From Muribaculaceae bacterium (GTDB taxonomy: Bacteria > Bacteroidota > Bacteroidia > Bacteroidales > Muribaculaceae), in assembly GCA_051890455.1 (NCBI GenBank), contig JBJFEE010000024.1:6341-70340 (forward strand): a DNA stretch of 64,000 nt. The letters run 5' to 3'. Shown here piece after piece: positions 7,510 through 17,489 of this stretch; the first letter of the stretch is position 1; each line of letters begins with the position of its first letter. The translations under genes and the position numbers were made by a program. The notes beneath the pieces were generated by a model. The model made no database searches, was not told where the DNA came from, and saw only the letters and a program-made list of their open reading frames with translations.

Positions 7510-9993
7510 ATGGAACGAAAAAATAACGAACAGACACATATATATCCTGCGACCTTCGAGGCCAAAATCGGCTTTGACGCCGTGCGCCGCATGGTAGCGG
7601 CAAAGTGCACATCCACTCTGGCTAAGGCTCATGTCGACGGGATGGCCTTCTCGACTGATGTTGACGACGTGCGGCGGCGCCTCGGCGAGGTGCACGAGAT
7701 GACCCGCGCCATTGGCGAAAGTCCCGCCATCCCTCTCGACTGCGTCACCGACACGGCGTCGTGGCTGGCGTCGATACGTGTGCCCGGAACCTTCATTGAC
7801 ACCGAGGAGCTGTCGCAGCTGCGGTCGTGGCTGAAAAGCGCCGCCGATGTGCGCGCCTTCTTCGACAGCCACATCGACGAGGGTACGGGCGAGAGCTCGC
7901 TGCCGTATCTCAATGAGGACGCCCGGGACATCGACGGCGCCCGGCCTGTCGTCACCGCCATCAACGCCGTCCTCACCGACCACGGCGAAATCAAGGACAA
8001 CGCCTCGGCCGAGCTGCGCGAGATAAGGCGTCAGCTGTCGTCGATAGGCGGACGCATCAACTCGGCCATGCGCCGCGTGCTTGCCAATGCCGTCAGCGAG
8101 GGACTTGTCGACCCCGACGTCACTCCCGCCATGCGCGACGGACGTCTGGTAATTCCCGTCCCGCCGATGAACAAACGGCGCATACATGGCATCGTCCACG
8201 ACGAGTCGGCCTCGGGCAAGACCTATTTCATCGAGCCGGCGGAGGTGGTGGAGCTCAACAACCGTCAGCGCGAGCTGGAGATTGAGGAGCGGCGCGAGAT
8301 AGTGCGCATCCTCACCGTCACCGCCGACGCCATCCGCCCGTACATCGACCCGCTTACCGAGACGTGCCGCCGCATGGGCTACCTCGACTTTGTCCGCGCC
8401 AAGGCACTCTTTGCCATCGACACCGATGCCTCGCTGCCGACATTGTCCGACAGCCCCGAGCTGGAGTGGTACACGGCGCGTCACCCTGTTCTCGAAGCCT
8501 CGCTGGCACGCCATAACCGCACCATCGTTCCGCTCAGCATACACCTTACTCCGGACAGCCGCATCCTCGTCATCTCCGGCCCTAATGCCGGCGGCAAGTC
8601 GGTGACGCTCAAAACCGTAGGCATAATACAATACATGATGCAGTGCGGACTGCTGCCGACGCTGTATGAGAACAGCCGCATGAGCATCTTCGACAGCATC
8701 CTTGCCGACATCGGTGACGACCAGTCGCTGGAAGACGACCTGTCCACGTACAGCTCGCACCTGCGTAACATGAACTTCTTCCTGCGCCACGGCAACGCGC
8801 GCTCGCTGATACTCATCGACGAGTTCGGCAGCGGCACCGAACCGCAGATTGGCGGCGCCATCGCCCAGGCCTTGCTGTCGCGTTTCAACGCCGCGGGCAT
8901 GTGGGGTGTCATCACAACCCACTATCAGAACCTCAAGACTTTCGCCGACGAGACACCTGGGCTGGTAAACGGCTCGATGCTCTACGACCGCAACCGCATG
9001 CAGCCGCTGTTCCAGCTGTCCATCGGCCATGCCGGCAGCTCGTTTGCCATAGAGATTGCCCGCAAGACCGGCCTCCCCGACGATGTCATCAGCGACGCCC
9101 GCGAGATTGTGGGCAGCGACTATGTAAACCTTGACAAATACCTGCTCGACGTGGCCCGCGACCGACGTTACTGGGAAAACAAGCGCGACCGCATACGCCA
9201 GCGCGAGAAGCACCTCGAGGACGTCATCGCGCGCTATGAGGCCGATGCCGAGACCTTGCGCGAAAGCCGCCGCAGCATCCTTACCGAGGCACGCCAGCAG
9301 GCTGCCGACATCATCCGTGGCTCCAACGCCGCCATCGAGCGCACCATCCACGACATACGTCAGGCACAGGCCGAGAAAGAGGCCACGCTGGAGGCACGGC
9401 GAACCCTTGCCCGCCAGGCCGGCAATCTTGAAAACGCCGACAAGGCCGACAGCGCCGCACCCGAGGTCCTTCGAAAGGCACCAAAGCCAAAGAAGACCAA
9501 GGCCGCTCCCGCACCGGCAAAGTCCGAACCTATCGCTGTCGGCGACAACGTCATCCTGGACAATTCCGGAAGCCCCGGCACCGTACTCGAACTGGAAAAA
9601 ACTAAAGCCACTGTGGCATTTGGCGCGATGAAACTCACTGTGCCCCTTAAACGCCTTACACGCACCCTGCGCAAACCTCAGTCGGGAGCCAAAGCCGCCT
9701 CATTCGTCAGTGCCGCGACTGCCGAGAGCTCGCGTCGCCGTCAGCTCGACTTCAAGGGCGAGATTGACGTGCGCGGCATGCGTGCCGACGAGGCCATACA
9801 GGCCGTGCAGTATTTCATCGACGACGCCATTCAGTTCAATTCGGGTCGTGTGCGTATCCTCCACGGCACCGGCACCGGTGCCCTGCGCCAGGCCATCCGC
9901 CAGTATCTCGGCACCATCACAGCCGTCAGCGACTACCACGACGAGGACGTCCGTTTCGGCGGCGCCGGCATCACCGTAGTAGAGCTTAGCTGA
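7510..9993 (+). CDS. mutS2: Endonuclease MutS2 (ATPase plus Smr domain)
   Basis: GIVHDESASGKT, SGPNAGGKS Walker A, IDEFGSGT, C-terminal IDVRGM...ILHGTGTG Smr motif. Confidence 0.95.
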   Translation: MERKNNEQTHIYPATFEAKIGFDAVRRMVAAKCTSTLAKAHVDGMAFSTDVDDVRRRLGEVHEMTRAIGESPAIPLDCVTDTASWLASIRVPGTFIDTEELSQLRSWLKSAADVRAFFDSHIDEGTGESSLPYLNEDARDIDGARPVVTAINAVLTDHGEIKDNASAELREIRRQLSSIGGRINSAMRRVLANAVSEGLVDPDVTPAMRDGRLVIPVPPMNKRRIHGIVHDESASGKTYFIEPAEVVELNNRQRELEIEERREIVRILTVTADAIRPYIDPLTETCRRMGYLDFVRAKALFAIDTDASLPTLSDSPELEWYTARHPVLEASLARHNRTIVPLSIHLTPDSRILVISGPNAGGKSVTLKTVGIIQYMMQCGLLPTLYENSRMSIFDSILADIGDDQSLEDDLSTYSSHLRNMNFFLRHGNARSLILIDEFGSGTEPQIGGAIAQALLSRFNAAGMWGVITTHYQNLKTFADETPGLVNGSMLYDRNRMQPLFQLSIGHAGSSFAIEIARKTGLPDDVISDAREIVGSDYVNLDKYLLDVARDRRYWENKRDRIRQREKHLEDVIARYEADAETLRESRRSILTEARQQAADIIRGSNAAIERTIHDIRQAQAEKEATLEARRTLARQAGNLENADKADSAAPEVLRKAPKPKKTKAAPAPAKSEPIAVGDNVILDNSGSPGTVLELEKTKATVAFGAMKLTVPLKRLTRTLRKPQSGAKAASFVSAATAESSRRRQLDFKGEIDVRGMRADEAIQAVQYFIDDAIQFNSGRVRILHGTGTGALRQAIRQYLGTITAVSDYHDEDVRFGGAGITVVELS

Positions 9994-10009
9994 CGTTTTG
10001 TTAAAATCT

Positions 10010-10066
10010 GACCGGGAATTAACGCAAATTATGCTACATAGGCTTAATCTGCGTTAATTTTCGGTC
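10010..10066. terminator. Long inverted repeat after mutS2
   Basis: GACCGGGAATTAACGCAAATTA / TAATCTGCGTTAATTTTCGGTC. Confidence 0.5.
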
Positions 10067-10222
10067 TTAACTATTGTTATTTTGAACAACAAGGGGGTGT
10101 GGGCGTTTTAATGACAAAACCGGGCAGAAACAGCATCTCCGGTTTTGCAATTTGGTGCTATCGGATGCCATTAGCGGACCACCTTGAATTTAATAACAGT
10201 CTAATATAACAAACTGACGAAT

Positions 10223-10804
10223 ATGATATACACTCAGCCTGAATTACCCTACGCCAACAATGCTCTCGAGCCTGCCATCAGCGAGCGCACGGTAGAGTTC
10301 CACTACGGCAAGCACGAAAAAGCCTACATCGACAACCTCAACCGCCTTGTCGCCGGCACTCGTTTTGACGACGAAGACCTTGAGGAGGTGATACGCCATT
10401 CGGACGGCGCCCTCTACAACAACGCCGCGCAGGCCTGGAACCACATCTTCTATTTCTTCACCTTCAGTCCCGAAGGCGGAGGCGAGCCCAAGAACAAGCT
10501 GCGCGAGGCTATCGACCGCGATTTCGGCTCGTTCGAGGAGTTCAAGAAAGTATTCGTCGACGCAGGCGTAGGCCTCTTCGGCAGCGGATGGGTCTGGCTT
10601 TCGTCGGACGCCGACGGCAAGCTGTTCATCACCCAGGGCCGCAACGCCGAAACCCCCATCACCCAGGGCCTCAAACCGCTGCTCACCTTCGACGTATGGG
10701 AGCATGCCTACTACCTTGACTATCAGAACCGCCGCCAGGCCGCTCTCGAAGCCCTCTGGAACATCGTCGACTGGAAGGTTGTCGAAGGCCGCTACGAAGG
10801 CTGA
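10223..10804 (+). CDS. sod: Fe/Mn superoxide dismutase
   Basis: HYGKH, AQAWNH, FGSGWVWL, DVWEHAYY. Confidence 0.96.
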   Translation: MIYTQPELPYANNALEPAISERTVEFHYGKHEKAYIDNLNRLVAGTRFDDEDLEEVIRHSDGALYNNAAQAWNHIFYFFTFSPEGGGEPKNKLREAIDRDFGSFEEFKKVFVDAGVGLFGSGWVWLSSDADGKLFITQGRNAETPITQGLKPLLTFDVWEHAYYLDYQNRRQAALEALWNIVDWKVVEGRYEG

Positions 10805-10899
10805 GCAGAAAACGATTTAACGATTGCTTAATCTCAATACATAAAACACACACGACATCGAGCCACCGCCAAAGGGCGGACCGGCAATGCACGAAAAAC

Positions 10900-11070
10900 T
10901 AAAGCGCCTGTCCTGAACTCGCTACGAACAGGACGCGGACGAGATGCCGCTATGTCCCCCGGGACACAGAGTGAACTCTCCCGCAAAGGGAGCCCTCTTC
11001 AGCCGGACATCGGATTCGCCAAGGATTCTTACCACCTTTGTGGTTATATGGGTAGGGGCAGGCGCTTTTA
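10900..11070 (+). ncRNA. Structured non-coding RNA, candidate Bacteroidales-1-type motif
   Basis: Terminal helix AAAGCGCCTGTCCT/GGGGCAGGCGCTTT with G-U pairs on the + strand; several internal hairpins; GAACTCGCTA...GGAC segment resembles my recollection of Bacteroidales-1 (not checked against Rfam). Confidence 0.6.
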
Positions 11071-11154
11071 ACTTATTACCCTGACATAGATACTCATTCA
11101 GCAAATTGACTATCAAGCGAAAGCACAAAAATTAAGCATAATGTGATGAATGGA

Positions 11155-11186
11155 AAGGGAGGAACTTGTGAAAGCTCCTCTTTTTC
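11155..11186. terminator. Hairpin with U-tract between the ncRNA and hppA
   Basis: AAAGGGAGGAACTTGTGAAAGCTCCTCTTTTT. Confidence 0.5.
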
Positions 11187-11214
11187 TTGTCTTCGCGGAG
11201 GACCTTATAGCAAG

Positions 11215-11293
11215 GTAGGGACGCTTTTTAAAGCGTCCACAACAGATTGGCAATCAGCCATCCGGATGTGGACGCTTTGAAAAGCGTCCCTAC
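11215..11293. repeat. REPIN family A copy 2 (spacer inverted relative to copy 1)
   Basis: GTAGGGACGCTTTTTAAAGCGTCC...GGACGCTTTGAAAAGCGTCCCTAC. Confidence 0.85.
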
Positions 11294-11306
11294 TTTGTAT
11301 ATGTCT

Positions 11307-13499
11307 TTAGAACAGCGACCAGCTGACGGTGAGGCCGGCCATTACGATGGCTACCATCGACATCAGCTTGATGAGGATGTTCAGCGAGGGGCCGGAGGTG
11401 TCCTTGAAGGGGTCGCCGACGGTGTCGCCGACAACAGTGGCCTTGTGGACCTCCGAGCCTTTGCCGCCGAAGTTACCCTCTTCGACGTACTTCTTGGCAT
11501 TGTCCCAGGCGCCGCCGGCGTTAGCCATGAAGATGGCGAGGACGAAGCCGGCCGACAGGCCGCCTACGAGCAGGCCGAGGACGCCGGGAACGCCGAAGAC
11601 AAGACCTGTCAGGATGGGGGCGACGATGGCGAGCACCGACGGGAAGACCATCTCGCGCTGGGCACCCTTGGTGCTGATTTGCACGCAGCGGGCGTAGTCG
11701 GGTTCGGCTTTGCCCTGAAGGATGCCCTTGATTTCGCGGAACTGGCGGCGCACCTCGTCGACCATGCTGGCGGCGGCGCGTCCCACGGCGTTCATCGTCA
11801 GGCCGCAGAACAGGAATGCCATCATGGCGCCGATGAACATGCCGCTGAGCACCTTCGGGCTCATGAGGTTGACCTCGTAGAGCTGCATGAAGTCGAGGAA
11901 GGTCATCTGGTGGATGTCCACCATGCGGTCGCCGATCTGAATGGTCGTCTCGCCCAGGCGGGCCAGGCCGATGCGGATTTCCTCGATGTACGAGGCAAGG
12001 AGGGCCAGGCCGGTGAGGGCAGCGGAGCCGATGGCAAAGCCTTTGCCGGTGGCGGCGGTGGTGTTACCCAGGCTGTCGAGGGCATCGGTGCGGCGGCGTA
12101 CCTCCTGGCCCAGGCCGGACATCTCGGCGTTGCCGCCGGCGTTGTCGGCGATGGGGCCGTAGGCGTCGGTGGCGAGGGTGATGCCGAGGGTCGAGAGCAT
12201 GCCCACGGCGGCAATGCCGATGCCGTAGAGGCCCATGGCGACGTTGCCGAAGTCAAGACCCGAGGCGAACCAGTAGCTGAGGATGATGCCGACTACGACG
12301 GCGAGGACGGGGATGGCCGTCGAAACCATGCCCAGGCCTATGCCCGAGATGATGACGGTGGCCGGACCGGTCTTGCCGCTCTCCGATAGTTTGCGCGTCG
12401 GCTCATACGACTGCGAGGTGTAGTATTCGGTCGATTTGCCGATGACTACGCCGACGAGCAGGCCGGTCACGACGGAGCAGCTGATGAGGGCCCAGTTCTC
12501 GAGACCGAGGAGGTAGAGCACCAGGAAGGTGGCGCCCACGATGAGCAGCGAGCTGAGGTTGGTGCCGATTGAGAGGGCGCCCAGCAGGTTCTTCATCGAG
12601 GCGTTCTCTTTTGTGTGCACGCAGAAGATACCGACGATGCTGAGCAGGATGCCTACGGCGGCGATGAGCATGGGGGCTATCACGGCCTTGAGCTGCATCT
12701 CGGCGTCGCCGGTGAGCAGGTATGCTGCGGCACCGAGGGCCGAGGTGGCGAGGATTGAGCCGCAGTACGACTCGTAGAGGTCGGCACCCATGCCGGCGAC
12801 GTCACCTACGTTGTCACCGACATTGTCGGCGATGGTTGCGGGGTTGCGGGGGTCGTCCTCGGGGATACCGGCCTCGACCTTACCCACCAGGTCGGCGCCG
12901 ACGTCGGCGGCTTTGGTGTAGATGCCGCCGCCCACGCGGGCGAAGAGGGCCTGTGTGGAGGCGCCCATGCCGAAGGTGAGCATGGTGGTGGTGATCATGG
13001 CCAGTTTCTTTGTGCCCTCAAGGTCGACGAGCCAGTCGAGCAACAGGTACCAGAATGAAATGTCGATGAGGCCGAGGCCTACGACGACAAGACCCATGAC
13101 GGCGCCCGAGCGGAAGGCCACGCGCAGACCGGCGTTGAGCGAGCCGCGGGCGGCGTTGGCGGTGCGGGCCGAGGCATAGGTGGCGGTCTTCATGCCCAGG
13201 AAGCCCGAGAGACCGCTGAAGAAACCGCCGGTGAGGAAGGCCACGGGAACCCAGGGGTTCTGGAGGTCAAAGCCGTAAGCCATTACCGAGAACAGGGCGA
13301 CGAGGCACAGGAAAACTATGCCTACGACCTTGTACTGCTGTTTCAGATACGACATGGCGCCTTTGCGCACATGCGAGGCTATGCGCTGCATGGTTTCGGT
13401 GCCCTCGCTCTGTTTCATCATCTGGCGATAGAAATACCACGCCAGCAACAGTGCGATTACTGCCGAAACAGGCACAAGCCAGAAAGCAGGAATAATCAT
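11307..13499 (-). CDS. hppA: K+-dependent membrane-integral Na+(/H+)-translocating pyrophosphatase
   Basis: [35 protein letters not shown] (Ala at the K+-dependence position), [14 protein letters not shown]. Confidence 0.95.
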   Translation of the reverse strand: MIIPAFWLVPVSAVIALLLAWYFYRQMMKQSEGTETMQRIASHVRKGAMSYLKQQYKVVGIVFLCLVALFSVMAYGFDLQNPWVPVAFLTGGFFSGLSGFLGMKTATYASARTANAARGSLNAGLRVAFRSGAVMGLVVVGLGLIDISFWYLLLDWLVDLEGTKKLAMITTTMLTFGMGASTQALFARVGGGIYTKAADVGADLVGKVEAGIPEDDPRNPATIADNVGDNVGDVAGMGADLYESYCGSILATSALGAAAYLLTGDAEMQLKAVIAPMLIAAVGILLSIVGIFCVHTKENASMKNLLGALSIGTNLSSLLIVGATFLVLYLLGLENWALISCSVVTGLLVGVVIGKSTEYYTSQSYEPTRKLSESGKTGPATVIISGIGLGMVSTAIPVLAVVVGIILSYWFASGLDFGNVAMGLYGIGIAAVGMLSTLGITLATDAYGPIADNAGGNAEMSGLGQEVRRRTDALDSLGNTTAATGKGFAIGSAALTGLALLASYIEEIRIGLARLGETTIQIGDRMVDIHQMTFLDFMQLYEVNLMSPKVLSGMFIGAMMAFLFCGLTMNAVGRAAASMVDEVRRQFREIKGILQGKAEPDYARCVQISTKGAQREMVFPSVLAIVAPILTGLVFGVPGVLGLLVGGLSAGFVLAIFMANAGGAWDNAKKYVEEGNFGGKGSEVHKATVVGDTVGDPFKDTSGPSLNILIKLMSMVAIVMAGLTVSWSLF

Positions 13500-13608
13500 A
13501 TTGGTTTAAAAGTTAATGATTGGGTTATAGAGTTAGTTGTTGGTTTTGGCAAGGGTGGGTGACTGGTTATCTTAGCTAAATCGGCTATTATAGCTATGAT
13601 AGGCGGAG

Positions 13609-14085
13609 TCAATTTTCAATTTCCCTGATTACCTCCGTCATCTCGGTATATTCCTCCCAGCCGGGGTCCGACTCGGCGGAGATTTCGAGTGGCAGGAGGG
13701 GCAGGTCGGCAAGCTGCTCGTTGAGCTTGCGTCCGAAGATGTTGAGGGACAGGGTGTAGAAAACCCATTCGCGCAGTCCGCCGCCGGTGTAGATGCCGGT
13801 GAGGACAGCCACGGGGTCGGCGGTGAACTCGCGCACGAGGCGCTCGGCGACGTCCTGCATGAGCTGAGAGGTGGCTGTGTCGGGCATTCCGCTTTCGCCG
13901 TAGCGCCAGCTCACCGTCACGCGGATGTTGAAGCGCGGGTTGTCTCGGAAACGGGTCACGTCGGTGCGTCCGGTCACCATCACCAGCTCGCCGTCGTCGC
14001 CGCTTGCGGGAGCGGTGAGCCATTCGCCGGGAAACTCGTATTCCTCGCGTCTGGCAGCGGATTTGTCAGTCTTATCGTTTTTCAT
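13609..14085 (-). CDS. DUF695-like protein
   Basis: 158 aa, SGMPD...VLTGIYTGGGLREWVFYT...DPGWEEY; overlaps the cstA stop by 4 bp. Confidence 0.75.
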   Translation of the reverse strand: MKNDKTDKSAARREEYEFPGEWLTAPASGDDGELVMVTGRTDVTRFRDNPRFNIRVTVSWRYGESGMPDTATSQLMQDVAERLVREFTADPVAVLTGIYTGGGLREWVFYTLSLNIFGRKLNEQLADLPLLPLEISAESDPGWEEYTEMTEVIREIEN

Positions 14086-15542
14086 TCCAGTACGGGTTGT
14101 CTTTCAAGTGATTTCATCATACGCCCGAAGAGGAAAAGGAACGTCACCGTCACAAACGAGGCCACGGAGAGGGCGGCCCAGTAGGGGATGGGCTGGCCGG
14201 TAAGCGATTTTGCAACGGCGGTCAGTCCTTCGGGAGCATAGAAGATATAAGTCACCGTTACCATCGTCATGAACAGTGCGGGTATGAGCGAGATGAGGTA
14301 AGCCTTGTGGTGGCGCCCCAGCCAGACGGTTATCGTCCACAGCGTGAACACCGACAGCACCTGGTTGCTCCAGGCGAAATAGCGCCAGAGGACATCGTAC
14401 GGCACGAGCATCACGGCAAAGCAGACGGCGAAGATGGGCACCGACACCAGCAGGCGCTTGGCCAGGCTGCGCTGTTCGACGTTGAATACGTCGGCCACGA
14501 TGAGGCGGGCGCTGCGCAGTGCCGTGTCGCCGGTGGTGATGGGCGCGGCGATGACGCCGAGGATAGCCAGGATGCCGCCGAAGGTGCCCAGCCAGTCGCG
14601 GCTGAGGTTGTTGACGAGGACGGCTGGCGAGCCCGAGCCCATGGCCTCCTGCAGTCCGGCGTAGCCGTGGCAGTAGGTGACGGCGGCGGCAGCCCAGATG
14701 AGGGCCACGATGCCCTCGGCCACCATGGTGCCGTAGAAGATGGGACGGCCGTATTTCTCGTTGGGGAGGCAGCGTGCCATCATCGGCGACTGCGTGGCGT
14801 GGAAGCCCGAGATGGCTCCGCAGGCTATCGAGATGAACATCATCGGGAAAATCGGCGTGGCGGCGGGGTCGGCCTTGTGGTTGTAGAACTCCTGCCATAC
14901 CTCGGGTATGTCGCCGGCGTTCATGTAGAGCACCACCATTATTCCGGCCGCCATGAACAGCAGGACAAAGCCGAAGACGGGGTAGATTTTGCCGATAATC
15001 TTGTCGATGGGCAGCAGCGTGGCGGCGATGAAATAGCCGAAGATGACGATTACCCAGAAGATGCGGTCGAGCGAGTTCGGCGTCAGCATCGCCAGCAGGT
15101 CGGCGGGGTTGTAGACGAATACCGCGCCGACGAGGATAAGCAGAAGCAGCGAGAACAGCCGCATGATGTTCTTGACGGTGCCGCCCAGCTCGTTGCCGAC
15201 GATTTCGGGCAGCGACGCGCCTTTCTCGCGCACGGACAGCATGCCCGACATGTAGTCATGAACGGCGCCCCCGAAGATGGTGCCTATGACAATCCAGAGG
15301 AAGGCGGCCGGCCCGAACATGATGCCCATGATGGCGCCGAAGATGGGGCCGAGGCCTGCAATGTTGAGGAACTGGATGAGGAAGATGCGCCATGGCTTGA
15401 GGCGCACATAGTCGACGCCGTCGGCCATGGTCTGCACCGGCGTGGGTCGTTTCGGGTCCTCACCGAAGATGCGCGCGGCCAGCGAGCCGTAGATGACGTA
15501 TCCCAAGATGAGCAATATGAGCGCTGCGGAAAATGAAATCAT
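14082..15542 (-). CDS. cstA: Carbon starvation protein A family transporter
   Basis: DGVDYV, QFLNIAGLGPIFG, IACGAISGFHATQS; multiple TM helices. Confidence 0.93.
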   Translation of the reverse strand: MISFSAALILLILGYVIYGSLAARIFGEDPKRPTPVQTMADGVDYVRLKPWRIFLIQFLNIAGLGPIFGAIMGIMFGPAAFLWIVIGTIFGGAVHDYMSGMLSVREKGASLPEIVGNELGGTVKNIMRLFSLLLLILVGAVFVYNPADLLAMLTPNSLDRIFWVIVIFGYFIAATLLPIDKIIGKIYPVFGFVLLFMAAGIMVVLYMNAGDIPEVWQEFYNHKADPAATPIFPMMFISIACGAISGFHATQSPMMARCLPNEKYGRPIFYGTMVAEGIVALIWAAAAVTYCHGYAGLQEAMGSGSPAVLVNNLSRDWLGTFGGILAILGVIAAPITTGDTALRSARLIVADVFNVEQRSLAKRLLVSVPIFAVCFAVMLVPYDVLWRYFAWSNQVLSVFTLWTITVWLGRHHKAYLISLIPALFMTMVTVTYIFYAPEGLTAVAKSLTGQPIPYWAALSVASFVTVTFLFLFGRMMKSLERQPVLE

Positions 15543-15584
15543 GTGATTTTGAGAGTAATGAGAGGTTTTGAGATTATTGGAGCG

Positions 15585-15620
15585 ATTTAATTTTCAATTT
15601 TAAATTTTCAATTTTAAATT
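15585..15620. repeat. Heptamer tandem repeat TTTT(C/A)AA
   Basis: TTTTCAA TTTTAAA TTTTCAA TTTTAAA; related tracts at 17373-17402 and 39691-39726. Confidence 0.7.
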
Positions 15621-16336
15621 TACCTGTGTAGCCGTCCTTCGTCATTGTATGAGTAGTAGCCTTTGGGAGAGATTATTATGTGGTCGTCGACGCGGATGTC
15701 GAGCAGTTCGAGGCCGTGGCGAATCTTGCTTGTCAGGCTGTCGTCCTGGATGCTGGGGCGGAGTGTGCCGCTGGGGTGGTTATGGAAGAGGATGACGCGT
15801 GTCGCCTGGTGCTCCAGAGCCTTGCGTGCTATCACCTTGACGTCGACCACGGTGGCCGTCTGGCCGCCCACGCCGATTATCTCGCGGGCAATCTCCACGG
15901 CCGCGTTGCTGAGGAAGAGCACATGGAACTCCTCGTGGTCGAGGTGTTCGAGACTCTCGCGCATCATCTCATAAGCCATCCGCGACGAGGTGATGGCGTT
16001 CTGCGGGCAGGCGACGGCGTCCCTGAAGGCGCGGCGTCCGAGCTCGAGGGCACCGGCGACGAGGATGGCCTTGGCTATGCCTACACCCTTGTAGCGGCGC
16101 ACGATTTCGCGCGTGTCCATGCCGGCGAGGCGCCAGAGATGCCCCTCGTTGTCCCTGATGATTTCCTCGGCCATGTCGAGCACCGAGCGGCCTGCCGTGC
16201 CCGTGCCGAAGAGCAGCGACAGCAACTCGGCGTCGCTGAGCGACTGTATGCCGTGGTTCAGCGCCTTTTCGCGGGGACGTTCGTCCTCGCTGAGCTGACG
16301 GAAAGATGTGTTTGTCGCAAGATGGACTTTTGCCAT
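15620..16336 (-). CDS. radC: RadC/UPF0758 JAB-domain protein
   Basis: ERPREK, LSDAELL, GVGIAKA (HhH), HNHPSG..S..D JAMM motif, DHIII. Confidence 0.93.
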   Translation of the reverse strand: MAKVHLATNTSFRQLSEDERPREKALNHGIQSLSDAELLSLLFGTGTAGRSVLDMAEEIIRDNEGHLWRLAGMDTREIVRRYKGVGIAKAILVAGALELGRRAFRDAVACPQNAITSSRMAYEMMRESLEHLDHEEFHVLFLSNAAVEIAREIIGVGGQTATVVDVKVIARKALEHQATRVILFHNHPSGTLRPSIQDDSLTSKIRHGLELLDIRVDDHIIISPKGYYSYNDEGRLHR

Positions 16337-16375
16337 GACCGGTAGTGGGTAAAAAATGTGAAGATTGGCCGTAGA

Positions 16376-17377
16376 TTATTTGCCGCGCCGCATCTCTATC
16401 TCCTGCTGTACGTCGCGGCTGCGCCGCAGGATTATCTTGGTGAAATATGCCCGGATGAAGCCCGTTCCGTAGCCTCCGAGCTGTATCACGGCGGCGGGCA
16501 GAGCTTTGACGGCGATGATGGGGCTGCGTGTGACGGCGAAAGCCATGATGACTACGGCGGCGAGGTAGAGACCCAGTGGCAGCATCCACCAGGGCGAAAC
16601 GAAGATGCCGAGAAGTATCAGGGTGATGCCGAGAATGACGGCGATAGCCGGTAGCCAGTGCACGGCCTTCATCGAGCCGGGGTAGAGGAGCTGCAGGGTG
16701 ATGCGTGACATTCCGAAGACGTGAACCTGACGCCAGAACTTGCCCCAGCTTACGCGGCGCTTGTGCCAGACGGCGAGGTCGGGGTACAGGCCGATGCTGA
16801 AACCGGCCTGGCGGATACGCGTGCTCATGTCGATGTCCTCGCTGAACATCTCGCGGAACCCGCCGACCTTGTCGTAGACCTTGCGGCGGAAGCCCATGTT
16901 GAAGGTGCGCGGAGTGAATTTCTCCAGGCTGACCTTGCCGCCGCGGATACCGCCGGTGGTGAGGAACGAGGTCATGGTGTAGCTGATGGCCTTCTGCGTG
17001 TTCGAGAACGACTCGTGGGCGGCGTCGGGGCCTCCGTAGCAGTCGAGGGGCTGGCTGACGGTCTGCTTCTCCAGCTCCTCGAAATATGTGGGCGGGATGA
17101 CGCAGTCGCTGTCGAAGAAAATCAGCCACTCGCCCTCCGAGCGCTCGATGCCGTAGTTGCGGGCGATGGAGCGGCCCTCGTTTTCCTTGAAATAGTATTT
17201 GACGTCCAGACCTTTTGCACGCACCTCCTCGGCCACCTTGTCGCAGGGCTGTGTGGAGCCGTCCTCGACGAGGATGAGCTCGAAATTGTCGGTGGTCTGC
17301 CTGAGCAGGCTGTCTGCCAGGTCGCGCACCTCGTCGATGCGGTTGTAAACTGGGACGATTATCGAGAACTTTTTCAA
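16376..17377 (-). CDS. Glycosyltransferase family 2 (start likely TTG 17377; ORF extends to 17422)
   Basis: FSIIVPVYNR, VEDGS, FFDSDC, C-terminal TM helices; the upstream extension is a translated heptamer repeat. Confidence 0.88.
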   Translation of the reverse strand: MKKFSIIVPVYNRIDEVRDLADSLLRQTTDNFELILVEDGSTQPCDKVAEEVRAKGLDVKYYFKENEGRSIARNYGIERSEGEWLIFFDSDCVIPPTYFEELEKQTVSQPLDCYGGPDAAHESFSNTQKAISYTMTSFLTTGGIRGGKVSLEKFTPRTFNMGFRRKVYDKVGGFREMFSEDIDMSTRIRQAGFSIGLYPDLAVWHKRRVSWGKFWRQVHVFGMSRITLQLLYPGSMKAVHWLPAIAVILGITLILLGIFVSPWWMLPLGLYLAAVVIMAFAVTRSPIIAVKALPAAVIQLGGYGTGFIRAYFTKIILRRSRDVQQEIEMRRGK

Positions 17378-17429
17378 AATTGAAAATTTAAAATTAAAAA
17401 TTGGAGGATGAGCGGCGTTCATTCAGTGA

Positions 17430-17489
17430 TGTAGGGACATCGCTTTGCGATGTCAGACCGAACTAACGTGCCAGAGGCACGTCCCAACA
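17430..17489. repeat. REPIN family B copy 2 (short spacer)
   Basis: TGTAGGGACATCGCTTTGCGATGT...ACGTGCCAGAGGCACGTCCCAACA, abutting the nspC stop. Confidence 0.8.

Noticed and set aside
10010-10222. Fur/OxyR/PerR operator upstream of sod
   Set aside because: No convincing consensus match; the long IR is adequately explained as the mutS2 terminator.
10960-11010. CTGAAGAG followed by a stem on the - strand, suggesting a hammerhead ribozyme
   Set aside because: No GAAA after the candidate stem II, and G-U pairing favours the + strand RNA.
15620-16336. radC as a marker of an integrative element
   Set aside because: Full-length chromosomal type with HhH region inside a housekeeping operon; no integrase or att sites.
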